Of a stretch of 64,000 nt of DNA, positions 29,741 through 39,390 are shown one piece after another. The DNA is taken from the NCBI GenBank assembly GCA_965116475.1, contig OZ220691.1, forward strand, positions 288,001-352,000, read 5' to 3'. This stretch comes from Gemmatimonadota bacterium. Lineage in GTDB: Bacteria; Gemmatimonadota; Gemmatimonadetes; Palauibacterales; Palauibacteraceae. Under the pieces are notes generated by a model, which was given only the letters and a program-made list of their open reading frames with translations, was not told the DNA's origin and made no database searches. Each line of letters starts with the position of its first letter. Positions within the stretch are counted from its first letter, which is position 1. The position numbers and the translations under genes were made by a program.

Positions 29741-30568
29741 CTAGCTTGCGGGGGGCGGGGTCTGGTCCACCGCGCGGCGCGCGATTCCGACGCCGAAGTT
29801 CTGGGCGCAGCGGGTGGAGCGTTCGCAGCGCAGGAAGCGCACCCCATCGTCCGACTCTTCGTCGCTTCGGTCGTCGGCCGTCCCGCGGACCCGGCCGGAA
29901 CCGAGCGAACCGGTCACCGATTCGGCCGCGGCCAGCCGCAGACCCAGCCACCTGAGGAGCAGGTCCGGGTCCTCCGGGGCTCCCGGCGAGTCGCCGGCCA
30001 ACCATTCGTCCCGGATCGCCTCCCATTCCGTCCACAGGGTCTCTCCCCACCCCTCGTTGCAGGCGGCGATGACCGCGCCGCGCAACGCTCCGTGCTCGTG
30101 TTGCCCCGGCGTTCCATCGCGCTGAAGGAGGCCGGCGAGGAAGCCCGCCATGATCCAGTATCGATGCGCATCGCCCGCTTCCCGGGCTCGCCGCGACTCG
30201 TTCAGGACGGCGAGGAACTGCAGGTAGCCCGCGTCCCAGTCGACCGAACCCTCCTCCGAAGCGCCGGCAGCGGTGTCTTCGCCCGACCGCAACCTGGATT
30301 CGACACCGCTTCGGATCTGACGGATCCCGTCCAGGTCCTCCGCCTCGACAGCATCGGAGATCTCGTCGCAGAGGGCCCCGGAGTCGGTCCCCGCCAGATG
30401 GCTGGAGAACGCGATCCCGCCCGCTTCCCCGAGACGGAACGTCCCCTGCTGTTCCGCACCGACATCTTCGGGTGCATCCGGGGACTCCCGCTCCAGGCAG
30501 AAGATGGCCTCGTCCAGCGCCTTCAGGACCTTGCGGTAGGCGGATCGCCGCCTCTCCACACGGTTCAT
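29741..30568 (-). CDS. Hypothetical protein
   Basis: GGAGAGG RBS-like sequence before ATG; follows cyclase gene on same strand; no recognised motif. Confidence 0.55.
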   Translation of the reverse strand: MNRVERRRSAYRKVLKALDEAIFCLERESPDAPEDVGAEQQGTFRLGEAGGIAFSSHLAGTDSGALCDEISDAVEAEDLDGIRQIRSGVESRLRSGEDTAAGASEEGSVDWDAGYLQFLAVLNESRRAREAGDAHRYWIMAGFLAGLLQRDGTPGQHEHGALRGAVIAACNEGWGETLWTEWEAIRDEWLAGDSPGAPEDPDLLLRWLGLRLAAAESVTGSLGSGRVRGTADDRSDEESDDGVRFLRCERSTRCAQNFGVGIARRAVDQTPPPAS

Positions 30569-30588
30569 CCCGCGTCGCCTCTCCGTCG

Positions 30589-31368
30589 CTACGCCGGGGC
30601 CAGCGCGATCACGCGCAGCGGGCTCCCGCTCCCGTCCACGATCTTGAGCGGCGCGGCGATTGCCACGGCGCCCGTCGGGGGCAGCCGGTCGAGGTTACAC
30701 AGGCTCGCGAGCCCGAACCTTCCCGCCCCGTGCATGATCCCGTGATTCGGGAACGGCGGATCGAACCCTCCCGCCTGGCCCGCATCGGTGCCGACCGTCT
30801 CCACGCCTACTCCGAGCACCGCGCGGTCATGCGCCAGCAGGGCCGAAGTTTCCTGGTGGAAGCCCGGCGAGTGCGGGCCGTCTTCCAACACGTTGAGAAA
30901 CGCCTCCTTCCCTTCCCTCCGACTCCACCCGGTGCGCAGAAACACCCAGGCGCCCCCGGGCACGCGTCCGTGCTCCGCCTCCCACGCCTCGAGCCCGGCG
31001 GGCGTGAGCAGGAAGTCGGGATCCGCTTCTACCTCGGCCTCCACGTCGATGACGCACGCCGGGCCGACGAACTTCCGCGCCGGGATCGTGTCCGTCGTCC
31101 CGTTCGGCACATCCTTCCCCGTGACCCAGTGGATCGGGGCGTCGAAGTGCGTCCCCGTGTGCTCGCCGAGCGAGAGGTTGTTCCAGTACCAGGCCGGCCC
31201 GTCGTCGTCATATCTCGAGATCCGCTCGACCGTCACTCCCTTCGATGGCGCGAACATCGGAGGAAGATCGATGACGACGGTATCGGGGCCGAGCGGGATC
31301 GTGAGATCCACCACCCGGACCGTACCCGCGTTCAGTTCCTCCACGAGGCGGCTCAGTACATCCGACAT
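30589..31368 (-). CDS. Cyclase-family metal-dependent hydrolase (kynurenine formamidase/isatin hydrolase-like)
   Basis: EHTGTHFDAPIH motif, LRTGW, PLKI..GSGSPLR. Confidence 0.92.
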   Translation of the reverse strand: MSDVLSRLVEELNAGTVRVVDLTIPLGPDTVVIDLPPMFAPSKGVTVERISRYDDDGPAWYWNNLSLGEHTGTHFDAPIHWVTGKDVPNGTTDTIPARKFVGPACVIDVEAEVEADPDFLLTPAGLEAWEAEHGRVPGGAWVFLRTGWSRREGKEAFLNVLEDGPHSPGFHQETSALLAHDRAVLGVGVETVGTDAGQAGGFDPPFPNHGIMHGAGRFGLASLCNLDRLPPTGAVAIAAPLKIVDGSGSPLRVIALAPA

Positions 31369-31435
31369 TCAAAGTCTCCCTATCGTTGGCGGACCCACGT
31401 GGTTGGCGGATCCGCGGGCGGGTTGCGGTCCACGG

Positions 31436-32884
31436 TCACTTGTCTCCGAAGAACGGCTCGAGCGTCTGGCCGGGGTTCGGTTTCGTCATCAGCGAAACCA
31501 TGATGAAGAGGATGAGGCTCGCGCCGACGCCCAGTTCGACGGAATCGATCCCGTACAGGGGGAAGTAGTGTTCCTGGAACCACAGCGTCCACACAAGACA
31601 GGCGAGGAAGCCTCCGATCATGGAGGCGACCGCGCCCTTCGCCGTCCCCCGCCGCCAGTTGAGGCCGATGACGATGGGGACGAAGAAGAAGGAGGCGATG
31701 AACTTCGCCTGCTCGAGGACGATGCCCTGGACATCCCCCAGCTTCTGGAGCGCGAAAAAGAGGGGGATGATCGCGAGGACGACGATCGCCACCCGGTTCG
31801 CGTTCACGAGGTGCTTCTGGCTTGCGTCGGGCCGGATGAACTTCCCGTACAGGTCGTGGGCGACGCCGGCGCCGGTGACGAGGAGGATCGAGTTTACGGT
31901 CGACATGATCGCCGACAGCATGGCGACCAGCAGCAGCGCGCCGACCACGGGAGGCAGGACGTGCAGCGCCATGGTGGCGGTGGCCTGGTCCTGGGAGGGC
32001 AGGTTCGGGAAGAGCACCCGCATGAGCATGCCGATCGACATGATGCTGGTGGCGATGATCACCTGGAAGCCGATCGCCACGAAGATCGCCTTTCGCACCG
32101 TGCGCTCGTCCCGCATCGAGTAGAAGCGGGTGAGTTCGTACGGCGCCGCCGCGATCGAGAGGCCGAACGCGATCGCGAAGGCGAGCAGTTCGCGCGGCGA
32201 GTAATACCAGCCCACGAGACGGTCGTCGAGCGTGTCGAGGAAGGCGAGCGAGCGCTCGACCGCCGCGGCAGGGCTGCCGCCGCCGACCTGGTTGAGGAGG
32301 ACGGGGACGGCCACGATGAGCGCCGCGACCATGATCAGCGTCTGCAGAAAGTCGATGTAGGAACTGGACCGGACCCCGCCGAGGAGCGTGTAGAGCGCGG
32401 TCGAGGCGACGATGATGAGCATCGCGGTGAGCGGACGGATCCCGAACACGACCTCCGCGATCTCGCCGCCCGCCTGGAACTGCGCCACGAGGTAGATGGT
32501 GTAGGCGACGACGATCAGCACGCCCGCGAGCGCGCCGGCCTTCGCGCTCCCGTAGCGGGCCGAGATGTAGTCGGGGACGGTGAGCGCGCCGAGCCGCCGC
32601 AGCTTCGGGGCGACGAAGAAGGCGCACACGAGCCACCCCGTCCAGAGGCCGAGCCACGGGAACACCCAGGAGACGCCGGCCAGGTAGTGGCGACCGGCGG
32701 TGCCGACGAAGGTGCCGGCGGAGATCTGCGTGGCGGCGAGCACCGCCCCGCCGACGATGGGGCCGATCGAGCGGCCGGCGGCGAGGAAGTCGACTTCGGT
32801 CTCGGTCCGGAAATAGCTCCAGATCGCGATGCCCATGATGATGGCTACGTAGACGCCGAGCACGACGAAAAAGACGTCGCTCAT
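31436..32884 (-). CDS. Sodium:solute symporter (SSS family)
   Basis: DFLAAGRS, AT.ISAGTFVG..G, T.PDY...RY, YT.LGG, SAIMST motifs; about 13 TM segments; ATGA overlap with upstream small gene. Confidence 0.92.
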   Translation of the reverse strand: MSDVFFVVLGVYVAIIMGIAIWSYFRTETEVDFLAAGRSIGPIVGGAVLAATQISAGTFVGTAGRHYLAGVSWVFPWLGLWTGWLVCAFFVAPKLRRLGALTVPDYISARYGSAKAGALAGVLIVVAYTIYLVAQFQAGGEIAEVVFGIRPLTAMLIIVASTALYTLLGGVRSSSYIDFLQTLIMVAALIVAVPVLLNQVGGGSPAAAVERSLAFLDTLDDRLVGWYYSPRELLAFAIAFGLSIAAAPYELTRFYSMRDERTVRKAIFVAIGFQVIIATSIMSIGMLMRVLFPNLPSQDQATATMALHVLPPVVGALLLVAMLSAIMSTVNSILLVTGAGVAHDLYGKFIRPDASQKHLVNANRVAIVVLAIIPLFFALQKLGDVQGIVLEQAKFIASFFFVPIVIGLNWRRGTAKGAVASMIGGFLACLVWTLWFQEHYFPLYGIDSVELGVGASLILFIMVSLMTKPNPGQTLEPFFGDK

Positions 32885-33075
32885 GTCGGCTCGGCGGGTT
32901 CGGGCGTCTGCGTCTCGTCGGGTGCGGCCGCCGGGGCGCCGCGCCTGGAGCGCTGCGCGACGACCTCGGCCCAGCGGCGATCCAGCTCGTCGTCGGCGCG
33001 GATCGTGTTTCGGAAGAGGAGGACCACCGTGAGGCCGAGGGCGAAGAAGCCCGCCGCGATCAGGATGATCGTCAC
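32881..33075 (-). CDS. Small single-pass membrane protein (64 aa), putative symporter accessory subunit
   Basis: GTG start overlaps upstream stop and its own stop overlaps the SSS ATG; N-terminal TM helix. Confidence 0.65.
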   Translation of the reverse strand: MTIILIAAGFFALGLTVVLLFRNTIRADDELDRRWAEVVAQRSRRGAPAAAPDETQTPEPAEPT

Positions 33076-33776
33076 CGCGCGCCCCCCGCGCCCTCGCGGT
33101 GGACCCGCGCGTTGCGCCACGTCCAGATCGCACCGACCAGCAGCAGCGCGAGGACGACGGCGTCGGCGAGGCGCGCGAACGAGAGCGCACCCCCGCGGGA
33201 CAGCCGGAGCAGCCCCGGCACGCTCGACAGGGTGGCCATCACGACGCCATCGCCGGCGGGGACGAAGCGCGGCAGTGTGGTCGACAGGTCAAGCGCGTCG
33301 AGCACGTCCGGATCCCCCTCCAGCCGAATCAGCCACGGCGCCGTGACCTCCTGGACGACGGTCTCCTCGGCCTCGCGGCCGGCGACGAACAGGGGGATCC
33401 GGTCCAGCCGTCCGCGCACCGGATTCCGGACCGTGTAGGAGACGACGACCGGCGCGTCGGAGACGGCGTCGATGCGGTACGCGCCGTCGACCGGGGTCAG
33501 CGCGGCGCCGGGGACCGGCAGGAGGTCGCCGGCCCGCGCCGTCTCGGCCACCGAGAGCGTCTGGTGCTCGATCCGGATGGCGAAGGCCCGCACCTCGCCG
33601 CCCTCCGGCTCGAGACCCTGCCGGACGTGGGCCGCGCCGTCCGCATCCAGCCGGATGAACACGGTGTCGGTCGTCTGCGCCGCCGCGGGCGCGACGGCGG
33701 CCAGCCCCGCCAGCGCCGCCGACAGCGCCAGCGCTGCGGGCGCCGCAGGGCACACCCGTTTTCGCATCTCTCCCAT
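33072..33776 (-). CDS. Hypothetical exported protein with C-terminal TM anchor
   Basis: Signal peptide ending APAAA-Q; C-terminal hydrophobic helix plus basic tail. Start 33767 or 33776. Confidence 0.65.
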   Translation of the reverse strand: MGEMRKRVCPAAPAALALSAALAGLAAVAPAAAQTTDTVFIRLDADGAAHVRQGLEPEGGEVRAFAIRIEHQTLSVAETARAGDLLPVPGAALTPVDGAYRIDAVSDAPVVVSYTVRNPVRGRLDRIPLFVAGREAEETVVQEVTAPWLIRLEGDPDVLDALDLSTTLPRFVPAGDGVVMATLSSVPGLLRLSRGGALSFARLADAVVLALLLVGAIWTWRNARVHREGAGGAR

Positions 33777-33793
33777 CGCGCGCCGCACCGCCG

Positions 33794-35590
33794 TCAGCCG
33801 GCCGCCGCGGGAGCCCTCAGCTGCGCCCGCACGCGTCCCACCGCCCGGGCCGCGTCGTGGAACCCGTTCGCCACGTGGTTCGCCCCGCGGCGCACTTCGT
33901 TCACGAGGAAGGGCAGCATGTCGGAGCCGGCCTCCGCGAGGCCCGGCAACTCCGCCACCCGGGCCAGCCGCGGGATCGGCGTCCGGGGCAGCGCCGGATC
34001 GTGGTCGAACGGGCCTCCCTCCGCGTAGCCGATCGGCACGAGGATGCGGGACAACTCGAGGAACAACTCGTTCACGGCCGCGACCGCCGCCGCATCCAGC
34101 CGGCCCCCGCCGACCACGGCGTACAGGTCGTCCAGCGCGGCTCCCAGCGCTTCGAGTTCGGCACGGACCGGACCGAGGTCGAGCAGATCCCCGGCCGCCT
34201 CGACGTAGCCGTCCACGAACCCCGCCAGCTCCGAGACCGTCTCGCGGAAGTCGTACGGGAGGATGCGCGAGTTGAGCACGCGCGCGATCGATGCGACGTA
34301 GACGCCCAGGTCGCGCTCGAGGTTCTCGCGCTCGGCGACTGCCATGACGTCGTCTTCCGTGTGCCACGCGATGTTGCCCCCGCAACCGCCCGTGGGATAG
34401 AAGCCCAGCGCCTCGCGTTCGTCCGCCGGGATGTTCGAGAGCAGCATGTAGAACGAGGTGAGCCCGATCTGATTGAAGGAATAGTCCCCGGCCCGCAGCG
34501 GCCGCAGCCGCTTCGCGGTCTTCCCGGTGACGTCCTCGATCGCGCCCGCGCACACCGGCCCCGCCTCGGCCATCCACATCACGTCGTCGTACTCCGTCGC
34601 GTGCCAGCAGCCCGGCGAGTCGATGTTGATCGCGCCCACGCAGCGGCGGCGGAGTTCCAGCGCGTGCGTGTCGGCGTACCAGGTGGAGCCGCCGTAGCGC
34701 CCGGTCGAGTGCGCCGGCCACCACGCGATGCGCAGCGAGCGCTGCAGCCGCTCCGCCTCCGAATGGAAGATCCGGGCAAGTTCCAGCAGCGTCGCGTCGC
34801 CGACCGCGTTGTCGCCGATCCCGACATCCCACGAGTCGTAGTGTCCGTGCACGAGCATGAACTCCTCCGACGCCCCGGCGATGTGCGCCACCGGCAGCTT
34901 GCACGGATACCAGCCCTCCTCCAGCCGGACTTGCAGCCGGACGGCCTCGCCCACGGCCGCCTTCAGCCGCTCCCCGTCGGGGTGGTTCACCGCCACCACG
35001 GGCGTCCCGGGCTTCGTGGCGAGGTTTCCGGTCGTCGGCGTGCCCCAGATCGACGTGCAGATCCCCCAGTGGATGTTCCGGCCGGGATTGATGAAGATCT
35101 GGCCGGCCGCCCCGGCCGCCTCGAAGGCGGAGACCATGCCCGGCATCGCGAACCCGTCGCTGAGCACGATCTTGCCGGCCACGTCGGGCAGGTCGTCGCC
35201 GAGACGCCTGGCGAACAGGTCGCGCTGCCCGGTCGCGGCCGCGGCGGGAACGTAGACGAGTTCCCCCTCGATCCCGCCCTCCGACGTCGGGACGGCGAAG
35301 GACGGCGGTTTGGCCCGCATCGACCCGCCGGCCCACTCCACCGAGGATTCGCGGGGGAGGGAGAGGTAGAGGTCGGGCTCGTGCATCTCGAACGGCACGC
35401 CCATCCGGCCCAGTTCGGCGGCGATGTACTCGGCCGCAACGTGTTCGTCGTCGCTCCCGGACTCTCGCACGAGGGTCGAGAAGCGTTCGAGCAGGGACCA
35501 CCCCGCATCGAAGGAGACGGCCCGCAGGAGGTCGGGCTCGAGTGTGTCAGGGTTCCGGTCAGGGTTCTTATCGGGGTTCCTAAGGGACAC
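33794..35590 (-). CDS. M28-family metallopeptidase with PA domain
   Basis: HGHYDSW, G.GDNAVG, WW.AHS.GRY, INIDS, WHT..D motifs. GTG start approximate. Confidence 0.85.
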   Translation of the reverse strand: MSLRNPDKNPDRNPDTLEPDLLRAVSFDAGWSLLERFSTLVRESGSDDEHVAAEYIAAELGRMGVPFEMHEPDLYLSLPRESSVEWAGGSMRAKPPSFAVPTSEGGIEGELVYVPAAAATGQRDLFARRLGDDLPDVAGKIVLSDGFAMPGMVSAFEAAGAAGQIFINPGRNIHWGICTSIWGTPTTGNLATKPGTPVVAVNHPDGERLKAAVGEAVRLQVRLEEGWYPCKLPVAHIAGASEEFMLVHGHYDSWDVGIGDNAVGDATLLELARIFHSEAERLQRSLRIAWWPAHSTGRYGGSTWYADTHALELRRRCVGAINIDSPGCWHATEYDDVMWMAEAGPVCAGAIEDVTGKTAKRLRPLRAGDYSFNQIGLTSFYMLLSNIPADEREALGFYPTGGCGGNIAWHTEDDVMAVAERENLERDLGVYVASIARVLNSRILPYDFRETVSELAGFVDGYVEAAGDLLDLGPVRAELEALGAALDDLYAVVGGGRLDAAAVAAVNELFLELSRILVPIGYAEGGPFDHDPALPRTPIPRLARVAELPGLAEAGSDMLPFLVNEVRRGANHVANGFHDAARAVGRVRAQLRAPAAAG

Positions 35591-35594
35591 GGCG

Positions 35595-36089
35595 CTAGCT
35601 CCGGGGAAGGACGGTGAGCGTGGCCTCGACGGCACGAGGTTCCATCGTCGTGAGTGTGGCGATGACGCGGTAGGCGCCGGCCGGCAGCCCGGCTTCGATG
35701 CTCCCGGTCCAGCGCAGCGAGGCGCCGGGCTCCAGCGTCTCGCGTCCCAGCACCTGGGCGAAGAATCGGCCCGCCGCCCAGCGCCAGACGACGGCCCCAT
35801 CCTCCGAGATCACCTCGAAGTCGAAGCGCTGGCCGTCGGGGAAATCGAGGATGAGCGGGGCCGGGCCGTCGTTGGTGCCGGTCAGTTCCAGGACGACGGG
35901 CGCGGCGGCCATCGGTGCCTCTTCGCCTGTCGAGAGCGACAGCCGCAACTCGCGGACGGATCCTCCATCGGCGGATCCCTCGTCCGCGGATCCCGCCGCC
36001 GGTCCCGCGGCGCAGGCGAAGGCCGCCAGCGCGGGCAGCAGCACCGCCGGAGCCAGCGTGCGCCGGGAGGTGCTCGCCCGGGTGCTCAC
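35595..36089 (-). CDS. Lipoprotein with BsuPI (intracellular proteinase inhibitor) domain
   Basis: Lipobox LAAFAC; F.DGQRFDF.V.....VWRW..GRFF.Q pattern typical of BsuPI. Confidence 0.75.
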   Translation of the reverse strand: MSTRASTSRRTLAPAVLLPALAAFACAAGPAAGSADEGSADGGSVRELRLSLSTGEEAPMAAAPVVLELTGTNDGPAPLILDFPDGQRFDFEVISEDGAVVWRWAAGRFFAQVLGRETLEPGASLRWTGSIEAGLPAGAYRVIATLTTMEPRAVEATLTVLPRS

Positions 36090-36541
36090 AAGAGCAACTC
36101 GTAGTGGTCGGTGCCGTCGAGCGCCCAGCCCAGATCCTCGTACAGTCGCTTCGCGGGCGCGTTGTGGGACTCGGTCTCGAGGATGAGCCCCTTGGCGCCG
36201 GTCTCGACCGCGAGTTCACGCGCGCGGTCCATGAGGACGCGCGCAACCCCGGACCGGCGGGCGTCCGGCGCGACGAACAGGTCGTTGAGGATCCAGAGCC
36301 GTCTCATCGACACGGAGGAGAAGGACGGGAACAGCTGCACGAAGCCCAGGGGCCAGCCGTCCGCGGTCTGCGCCACGAAGACCCGCGACTCGCCGGCTGC
36401 GAGACGTTCGGCCAGAAACCGGCGGGCGCCCTCGAGGTCCGACGGCTGCCGGTAGAACTGGCGGTATCCGTCGAACAGCGGCGCGAGGCGGTCGACGTCC
36501 TCGAGGCCCGCTTCCCTGACGATCACCGTCGCTTCGGACAC
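36086..36541 (-). CDS. GNAT-family N-acetyltransferase
   Basis: LFDGYRQFY, GFVQLFPSFSS, WILNDLFV...RR.GVA, N..A..LYE.LG. Confidence 0.92.
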   Translation of the reverse strand: MSEATVIVREAGLEDVDRLAPLFDGYRQFYRQPSDLEGARRFLAERLAAGESRVFVAQTADGWPLGFVQLFPSFSSVSMRRLWILNDLFVAPDARRSGVARVLMDRARELAVETGAKGLILETESHNAPAKRLYEDLGWALDGTDHYELLL

Positions 36542-36572
36542 GGCGGACTCGGAGTCCGGGTCGGGCGCCTCG

Positions 36573-37736
36573 TCAGTCGGCGACGCTCACCCCCTCGTAC
36601 GTCTGGATCCCGTCCGCGTTCGCCACCGTCATGCGGGGCGGCGTGTCGCGGAACGGCATCCACGCGCAGCCGTAGTCGCCGTCCTTGTTGATCGCGACGA
36701 ACTTCTCGGATGGTATGAAGTCCGGATTCACGTTCCGGTACTTGTGCCGGATCATCGCGACCGCGTCCTCGCAGGCCTGCTGCGGCGTGCGCCCCGCACC
36801 CATCCGCGACACGACGTAGTACCCGGCGCACGACTTGATCACGTCCTCGCCCCGTCCCGTTACGGCGGCGGCGCCGATGTCGTTGTCCACGTACAGGCCG
36901 GCGCCGATGATCGGCGAGTCGCCCACGCGGCCCGGGACCTTCCAGGCGAGTCCGCTCGTCGTCGTAATGCCCGAAACGTTCCCCTGCGCGTCGACCGCGA
37001 GCACGTTCGTCGTGCCGTAGCGGTGGAGGAGCGCTTCGGCGAGGACGTAGTCCCGGTCGGGGCCGTCGCGGCCCGGCAGATCGAGCAGTTCCGCCCACTG
37101 CTCGGCCTCGTCGAGCCCGCCGCCGGAGCCTCCGCGCGGGCGCCGCAGGTGATCCGGCGGGCCCCAGTCGTCCGTGTCGGACAGGCGCTCGCGCCAGCGG
37201 AGCCAGATCTCACGCGATTTCGGCGTCATCAGCTCCTGGACCTCGAAGCCGAAGCCGACCGCAAAGCGCTGCGCGTAGTCGCCGATCAGCATGACGTGGT
37301 CCGTGCGCTCCATCACGAGCCGGGCCACCGAGGCCGGAGTGCGGATCCCCTCGATGCCGGCGACCGAGCCGGCGTTGTACGTCGCCCCGTCCATGACCGA
37401 CGCGTCGAGTTGCACGACCCCGTCTGCGTTCGGGAGGCCGCCCCAGCCGACGCTGGTTTCATCGGGGTCGAGTTCGATGATGTTCGCGCCGCGCTCGACC
37501 GCGTCCATCGCCGTGCCGCCGCCCGACAGGATCTGCCAGGCCGCGCCGGCCGCCCGGCGCCCCGTGTCGTTCGTGTGGCTGGTGATCATCATCGGCGTCG
37601 TCGCCCGTCCGCTCGAAGACAGGGACGGTCTGGATCCGCTCGCCGACGCTCGCGCGGGTACGGCTCCGGCGACGGCGGCCGCCGCGCCCAGGCTCAGGCC
37701 TCGACCGATGAAGCCACGACGATTCATCTCGGACAT
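36573..37736 (-). CDS. Tat-exported glycosylasparaginase / isoaspartyl peptidase (Ntn hydrolase)
   Basis: Tat motif NRRGFI; SVG.GGLPN..G.V.LDA; autoproteolysis site YG/TT; TTSGL..K.PGRVGDSPIIGAG. Confidence 0.9.
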   Translation of the reverse strand: MSEMNRRGFIGRGLSLGAAAAVAGAVPARASASGSRPSLSSSGRATTPMMITSHTNDTGRRAAGAAWQILSGGGTAMDAVERGANIIELDPDETSVGWGGLPNADGVVQLDASVMDGATYNAGSVAGIEGIRTPASVARLVMERTDHVMLIGDYAQRFAVGFGFEVQELMTPKSREIWLRWRERLSDTDDWGPPDHLRRPRGGSGGGLDEAEQWAELLDLPGRDGPDRDYVLAEALLHRYGTTNVLAVDAQGNVSGITTTSGLAWKVPGRVGDSPIIGAGLYVDNDIGAAAVTGRGEDVIKSCAGYYVVSRMGAGRTPQQACEDAVAMIRHKYRNVNPDFIPSEKFVAINKDGDYGCAWMPFRDTPPRMTVANADGIQTYEGVSVAD

Positions 37737-37847
37737 CTCATCCCCCGTTTCCTGGCGTGAGTCTCACGTCGCCCCAAACTGATGCGAGATCGGCTTCCCA
37801 CGCCAGCGTCCGGCGGGTGGCCCGTGCGTTGTCCGACCATGGGTCGC

Positions 37848-38807
37848 CTATGGGTCGCCGCGGCCCCGGGCGAGCGGTTCCCCGTCGAGTCCGGCGTCGG
37901 CGCCGACCGTGATGCCGAGGTGCTCCAGCGCCGTGGCCGGGACATCGACGATGTATTCCGGCGTGGAGCCCGCTGCCGCCCAACTCCGGGTCCCGGGTCC
38001 GCTGGCGAGGATGAAGATCGTCATCTCCTCCGGCGAGTCTCCGCCGTGGCCGCCGTCTTCCCGCCGGCCGTGGTCCGTGCTGATGAGCACGAGCCAGTCC
38101 TCATCCGCGTACGTGGGCCGGGCCCGCAGGGCCTCGAGCAGCCAGCCGACGTGGCGGTCCGAGAGGGCGATCGCGTCGCGGTACTCGACCCCGATCGATC
38201 CGTGCCGGTGGCTCGTCTCGTCCGGATTCCCCAGGTAGATGAACGCGGCGTCCGCGTCCGCCGCGCCAAGGTGTCTCGCCGCTCGGGCGGCGACCACGCT
38301 GTCCGCCTCCGCCCACCCGAGTTCGTAGCCATCCACGGCGACCAGCGAGTCGATCGCACCGGAGAGCGCGGGGCCGCCCCCTTCGAGCGAGGCGAGCGGC
38401 ATCCAGTCGAGGGCCGCGAACGTGGCGAGGGCGGGACGCTCCCGCTCGACGAGCGTGAGAAAATCCGGATATTCCGAGTACCGGCGTCCCTCGAACCCGT
38501 TGTCCAGCACACCGTGCTTCCCGGGCCAGACGCCCGTCAGGATCGAGGACCATGCCGGCCCGCTCACCGAGGGCGTCGTCGTGCGCGCCGACGCGGTGTA
38601 CCAGCCTCCGGCGGCGAGCGAGTCCATGACCGGCGTCGGCACCTCGGCCAGCACGTCCGGCCGGACCCCGTCGATCCCGATCAACAGCACCTTGGGGATC
38701 CCTCGGACCGGGATCGAATCGGTCTGCGGCCCGCACGCACTCGCGGCGAGCGGGACTGAAAGCACCACGGCAAGCATGGCGGCCGTGCGAGGAGTCGCGG
38801 AACGCAT
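37848..38807 (-). CDS. Alkaline phosphatase/nucleotide pyrophosphatase-family lipoprotein
   Basis: Lipobox ASAC; IGIDGVRPD, S.PAWSSILTG, DE.SH, STDHG...GHGG. Start 38807 or 38819. Confidence 0.85.
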   Translation of the reverse strand: MRSATPRTAAMLAVVLSVPLAASACGPQTDSIPVRGIPKVLLIGIDGVRPDVLAEVPTPVMDSLAAGGWYTASARTTTPSVSGPAWSSILTGVWPGKHGVLDNGFEGRRYSEYPDFLTLVERERPALATFAALDWMPLASLEGGGPALSGAIDSLVAVDGYELGWAEADSVVAARAARHLGAADADAAFIYLGNPDETSHRHGSIGVEYRDAIALSDRHVGWLLEALRARPTYADEDWLVLISTDHGRREDGGHGGDSPEEMTIFILASGPGTRSWAAAGSTPEYIVDVPATALEHLGITVGADAGLDGEPLARGRGDP

Positions 38808-38913
38808 TCGGGAACCCATGCCCCCATGGTCGCGCGGAATCCGGACCTTCGGCAACCCGGGTGTGTCATACTCCGCTGGCGCACCGGACGCCCTCCGCGA
38901 AGATTGGGGAACC

Positions 38914-39390
38914 ATGAACCGAGTCACGCGCCGTGTCGTTCCGCTTCTTCCGCTGCTGTTCGCGGGCTGCTCCACCGCGCCGGTCTCCTTCCAGGGCGTG
39001 GCGCCGCCGGGACTGGAAACCGCTTACCGGTGCGCGGTCGCACAGCTGAACCTGATGGACTACACGATCGAGGACGGCAACCTCGAGGCCGGGTTCGTAC
39101 GGGGGCGGCGGCAGACGTCCGGCGTCGTGCAGGAACTCTTCACCGGGGCCGCCCACCACGACGTCCTCACGGCGAGCGTGTTCGACAATCCCGCCACCGG
39201 CAACACGCACATTCGCGTCGTCGCCTCGCGGGTCGCGGACCACGACATCGGGCTCCTGGCCGGGCTTGACGACGACGAGGAACAGGGCGAGAACCGGCTC
39301 GGACCATCCGACTCCGGCAAGGCGGACGCGCAGCGCCTGCTCACCAACTGCGGCGTGGTCGCGGCGACCGGAGGACCGGAGTTTCAGTGA
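38914..39390 (+). CDS. Hypothetical lipoprotein
   Basis: Lipobox LFAGC; stop overlaps next start (GTGA). Confidence 0.7.
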   Translation: MNRVTRRVVPLLPLLFAGCSTAPVSFQGVAPPGLETAYRCAVAQLNLMDYTIEDGNLEAGFVRGRRQTSGVVQELFTGAAHHDVLTASVFDNPATGNTHIRVVASRVADHDIGLLAGLDDDEEQGENRLGPSDSGKADAQRLLTNCGVVAATGGPEFQ

